In this document: one piece after another, positions 60,727-64,000 of the stretch
How the letters are laid out: each line of letters starts with the position of its first letter
How positions within the stretch are numbered: the stretch's first letter is position 1
Source: Longimicrobiales bacterium
GTDB taxonomy: Bacteria > Gemmatimonadota > Gemmatimonadetes > Longimicrobiales > Gaopeijiaceae
DNA: 64,000 nt
Direction of reading: 5' to 3'
Assembly: GCA_965238005.1 (NCBI GenBank)
Contig: OZ250165.1
Coordinates: 4,736,001 to 4,800,000, forward strand
Made by a program: the position numbers and the translations under genes
Notes under the pieces: model-generated
Databases searched by the model: none
Told to the model about the DNA's origin: nothing
What the model saw: only the letters and a program-made list of their open reading frames with translations

Positions 60727-63700
60727 CTACCGCAAGCGCCACTGTCCTCTGAAGATCAGCGCATGGGTCGCCGGTCCGGTCGCGCTCTCCCGGTGCGAGG
60801 CTTCCAGGAACAGGCTTCCGCGCATGTCCGCCTGGTAGCGGACCCCGCTGTTGAACACGCGCGACCCGCCTTCGCCGAGATAGAACCCGCCATAGGGCGT
60901 TCCGGCGAAGGATCGGAGACCATACTCGACCTCGGCGTTAAGGACGCCACCTCGGCCTCGTGGAACGAGACCGTTCCCCGCCGCACCCATCGCGCCGTGC
61001 TCCCACAGCTGATGCACGCCTCCGGAACTTTCGCCCCAGGACGGCACCAGCCGCAGCGCCAATCCCTCGCCGAGGGTCTGGGGGTCGATCTGGATGCGGC
61101 CGCTGAAGCCCCACTCCCGGTAGCCCTCCTGACGCGTGGCCATCATCCGGCCCCGGGCCTCCGCCGTGAGTCCGAGCGACGGGCGCGCGTAGCGCAGGCC
61201 ACCACCCAGTTCGAGCGCACCGCCCTCCGCCCCGTCTCCGCCGTCATAGCGCAAGCCGGTTTCCAGCGAGAGGGCGAGTTCGTCGCCCGAGTCGAAGTGG
61301 TGCGCGCGATTGCCCTCGACCGCCAGCCGTCCCCGCTTCATGTCCACGGCCAGGGCGTCCATGTCGCGGTTCTCTTCCACGTTGACGCGCGTCATCCAGA
61401 CTTCGCCCTTGGCGCGCAACGAGGCTGAACCCGGCGCGAGCACGGTGGCGCTCCCGCCGAGGGCCGCGGTAAGCAACCGGGTCTCGCCGGAGCGGGCATT
61501 GCCGGTGGATTCTTCGATCGATACCTCGCCGCCGCCGTAGCCGGCCGTCGTCCAGATGGCCAGGCTCCGTTCGCCGGAGAACCAGGCCAGGTATGGATGC
61601 ACGCTGGTGATATCGGCTTCATAGTCGCCGGAGACGACCTGAGGGCCGGTCCGGTCCGTGAAATCGAAGGCACTGGTGGACCGGGACAGCGCCACGCCGC
61701 TGAGGAGATCGGAACGGAGCCGTGTGTCGGCTCCCGCGTGCAGGCTGAGGATGTCCCCGTTCCAGTCGGCGGCGCCGTTCCGGGGCCCGTCGAGAACGCG
61801 ATAGTCGCCGGCTCCCCAGGCCATGGTGCGCGCGGCTTCAGTGGATTCCTCCTGACTGCCGTTGCCGGCCATGCCCAGCGGCATGAGGAAGGACGTTCCG
61901 CCCAACGACTGCCGCAGGCCCAGACCTCCGATGCCGGCGAGGGCGCCGAGCCCGACTGTGGGTGCGCCGGTGCGTCCGGTCTCGGCCGGTTCGGGATCTC
62001 CGGGCTGGTTTGGGACACCACCTCCGCGGCGGAGAGCCGCGATGGCGGGAGTGAAAATGGACGGGGCCGGTGACGCACCCGCAACGCCGCTGCCCATTTC
62101 GGCGGTCGTTCCGTTCCCCTGTGGGGAGCCCGGAGCGATGCCGCGGGCCACCATTCCCACCATGCCCGCCAGGGAGGAGAAACCGCCCAGGCTGGTGCGC
62201 GGCCTCCCCTGGCTTCCGGTGGCCGCACCCTCGATCCGATCCGTGATCGCCGATACCGTGCTCGCCGTCATCGCGGCGGCGGCGTAGGGCAGGATGTTCA
62301 GGTTGATTCGGTTGGCTCGCTCCTTCGGGTTGTCCGTGCGGGCGCTCGCGACATTGGACGGCGGACCCGCGCCGACGGTGTTGACCGCCCGGACGCGGTA
62401 GTACCGTGTCGTGCCCGGTGCGACCATGTCGGCGTAGCTGGTGGCCAACGAGGTTGCCAGGCTGATCCAGCCGGATTCGCCGTCGTCCGAGCCCTCGATT
62501 TCATAGCTGGTGACGGGAGAGCCTCCGTCGTATGCCGGTGGATTCCAGGACAGGTCGATCCGGGTGGTCGACGTGACCATCGCCCCCAGGTTTGTCGGCG
62601 CGTCGGGCAAGGTGGCATCGGTGGTGGCGTCCGCCACGTTCGAGGGCGGACCTGTTCCTTCGGCGTTGATGGCGAACACCCGGTAGTAGCGCATGGTCGC
62701 GGGATCGAGGTTTTCGTGGCTGTACTCCGTGGCCGTCGAGCCGGTGTTGGCCATCAGGATCAACCAGCCGCCTCCCGAGCTGGTCGAGACATCGATTCTG
62801 TAGCCGATGACCGGTGAGCCGCCGTCGAAGGTCGGCGGGCTCCAGGCGAGGTCGATCTGGTCCGCACCGTCGGCCACGGCGATAAGGTCGCCGGGTGCTC
62901 CGGGCAGGGTGGCGTCGGTGGTGGCCGAGGCCACGTTCGAGGCGGGCCCCACGCCCACGCGGTTGACTGCGGAGACCTGGTAGTGGCGCGTGGTCCCGGG
63001 CGGGAGCATCTCGTGGGCGTAGGTGGTGGCGGTCGAACCGGTATTCATCCGGAGGATGCTCCAGGTAGCGCCGTCATCGGTCGAGACTTTGATCTGATAC
63101 CCCGTGATCGGAGCCCCGCCGTCGGAGGCGGGCGCACTCCACGAGAGGTCGATCTGCGATATCCCGTTCGCCGCTGCGCTCAGAGTAAGCGGGGCGCCGG
63201 ACAGGACGGTCGTCGTGGTGGCGGAGGCCACGTTCGAGGGCAAACCTGTTCCGATGGAGTTGATCGCGTAGACGCGGTAGTGGCGCGTGTTCTGCGGTTC
63301 CAGGCCCGTGTGCTCGAACATTGTCAGTGTCGAACCCGTGTGCGCCCGGAGAACGCGCCAGGTGGCGCCCCGGTCCGCGGATACCTCGATACGGTAGCCG
63401 GTGACCGGACTTCCTCCGTCGTGGGCCGCTGCGCTCCAGTACAGGTCGATCCGCCTCGAACCCACCGCCTGAGCCATCAGTCGGGTGGGGGGATCAGGTT
63501 CGGTCTTGGACGCGCCACCGCCACCCCCTCCACCGCCACCGCAAGACTCGCATGGCGTGGCAGCCGCGGTTGCGGACGGACCGTGGCCGACGGAGTTGAC
63601 GGCGCGCACACGAAAGGTGTATTCGATGCCGTTGTCGAGACTCGAGATGGTGGCGCGCCTGGTCAGGCCGGTAGAAGTCCAGCTGTCGGTGACCCCCTGA

Positions 63701-63999
63701 CTCCACTCGTAGCGCGTGATGGAGGCTCCGCCGTTGTTCTCGGGTGGATTCCAGGTGAGGGTGACCCGGCGATTCGCGGGTTGCGCCTGCAGGTTGGTCG
63801 GGGCGCTCGGCGCGAACTCAGTCTGCGACGGTGTGGCGTCGATGCTGACTTCCGGGCCCTCGCCACTGTCGTTCACGGCCCGGACGTAGAATGTGTACCC
63901 GGTATTGTTGTTGAGGCTGGTGACGAGAACGGTGGCGGCGGTGCCCGTCGAAGTCCAGCCCCCGCTGCCCTGCTTCCACTCGTACTTTCTGATGGGTGA
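60727..63999 (-). CDS. Large Fn3-repeat autotransporter-like surface protein, 5' end outside the window
   Basis: At least 5 full Fn3 repeats (L.W..P..DGG..I..Y...YRV.A.N..G), poly-Gly linker, C-terminal barrel-like domain. Confidence 0.85.
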   Translation of the reverse strand, partial: SPIRKYEWKQGSGGWTSTGTAATVLVTSLNNNTGYTFYVRAVNDSGEGPEVSIDATPSQTEFAPSAPTNLQAQPANRRVTLTWNPPENNGGASITRYEWSQGVTDSWTSTGLTRRATISSLDNGIEYTFRVRAVNSVGHGPSATAAATPCESCGGGGGGGGGASKTEPDPPTRLMAQAVGSRRIDLYWSAAAHDGGSPVTGYRIEVSADRGATWRVLRAHTGSTLTMFEHTGLEPQNTRHYRVYAINSIGTGLPSNVASATTTTVLSGAPLTLSAAANGISQIDLSWSAPASDGGAPITGYQIKVSTDDGATWSILRMNTGSTATTYAHEMLPPGTTRHYQVSAVNRVGVGPASNVASATTDATLPGAPGDLIAVADGADQIDLAWSPPTFDGGSPVIGYRIDVSTSSGGGWLILMANTGSTATEYSHENLDPATMRYYRVFAINAEGTGPPSNVADATTDATLPDAPTNLGAMVTSTTRIDLSWNPPAYDGGSPVTSYEIEGSDDGESGWISLATSLATSYADMVAPGTTRYYRVRAVNTVGAGPPSNVASARTDNPKERANRINLNILPYAAAAMTASTVSAITDRIEGAATGSQGRPRTSLGGFSSLAGMVGMVARGIAPGSPQGNGTTAEMGSGVAGASPAPSIFTPAIAALRRGGGVPNQPGDPEPAETGRTGAPTVGLGALAGIGGLGLRQSLGGTSFLMPLGMAGNGSQEESTEAARTMAWGAGDYRVLDGPRNGAADWNGDILSLHAGADTRLRSDLLSGVALSRSTSAFDFTDRTGPQVVSGDYEADITSVHPYLAWFSGERSLAIWTTAGYGGGEVSIEESTGNARSGETRLLTAALGGSATVLAPGSASLRAKGEVWMTRVNVEENRDMDALAVDMKRGRLAVEGNRAHHFDSGDELALSLETGLRYDGGDGAEGGALELGGGLRYARPSLGLTAEARGRMMATRQEGYREWGFSGRIQIDPQTLGEGLALRLVPSWGESSGGVHQLWEHGAMGAAGNGLVPRGRGGVLNAEVEYGLRSFAGTPYGGFYLGEGGSRVFNSGVRYQADMRGSLFLEASHRESATGPATHALIFRGQWRLR

Positions 64000-64000
64000 A

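Noticed and set aside
1..64000. tRNA or rRNA genes
   Set aside because: None recognised by eye; a covariance search would be needed to exclude them.

Overview
High-GC bacterial DNA. Gene types such as the 'AALEGRYRVERELGEGGMA' Ser/Thr kinase start, short RpoD-like sigma factors and an Fn3 autotransporter suggest Gemmatimonadota, possibly host-associated (inference). Bases 1-49.5 kb are mostly housekeeping genes (acyl-CoA dehydrogenase, heme A synthase, ECF sigma + PspA-like, M20 dipeptidase, trpE, BtuFCD-like ABC importer, rsgA, two sigma-70 paralogues, HD hydrolase, UvrC-like nuclease, aminotransferase/mmsA, pckA, maeB, ssb), mixed with several broken genes. Bases 49.5-60.6 kb are a decayed accessory region with IS3, IS1380, integrase and BrnT remnants, followed by a large Fn3 autotransporter. 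Main observations: (1) an intact SbcD/SbcC-like gene pair in which the nuclease and ATPase motifs are degenerate or missing but the zinc hook is kept; (2) structured, TA-flanked MITE-like elements sitting at stop codons and regenerating them; (3) a Fur-like box upstream of an ECF sigma-PspA pair; (4) a histidine-kinase-like protein with no phospho-acceptor His. All product calls come from motif recognition by eye; no database search was run.
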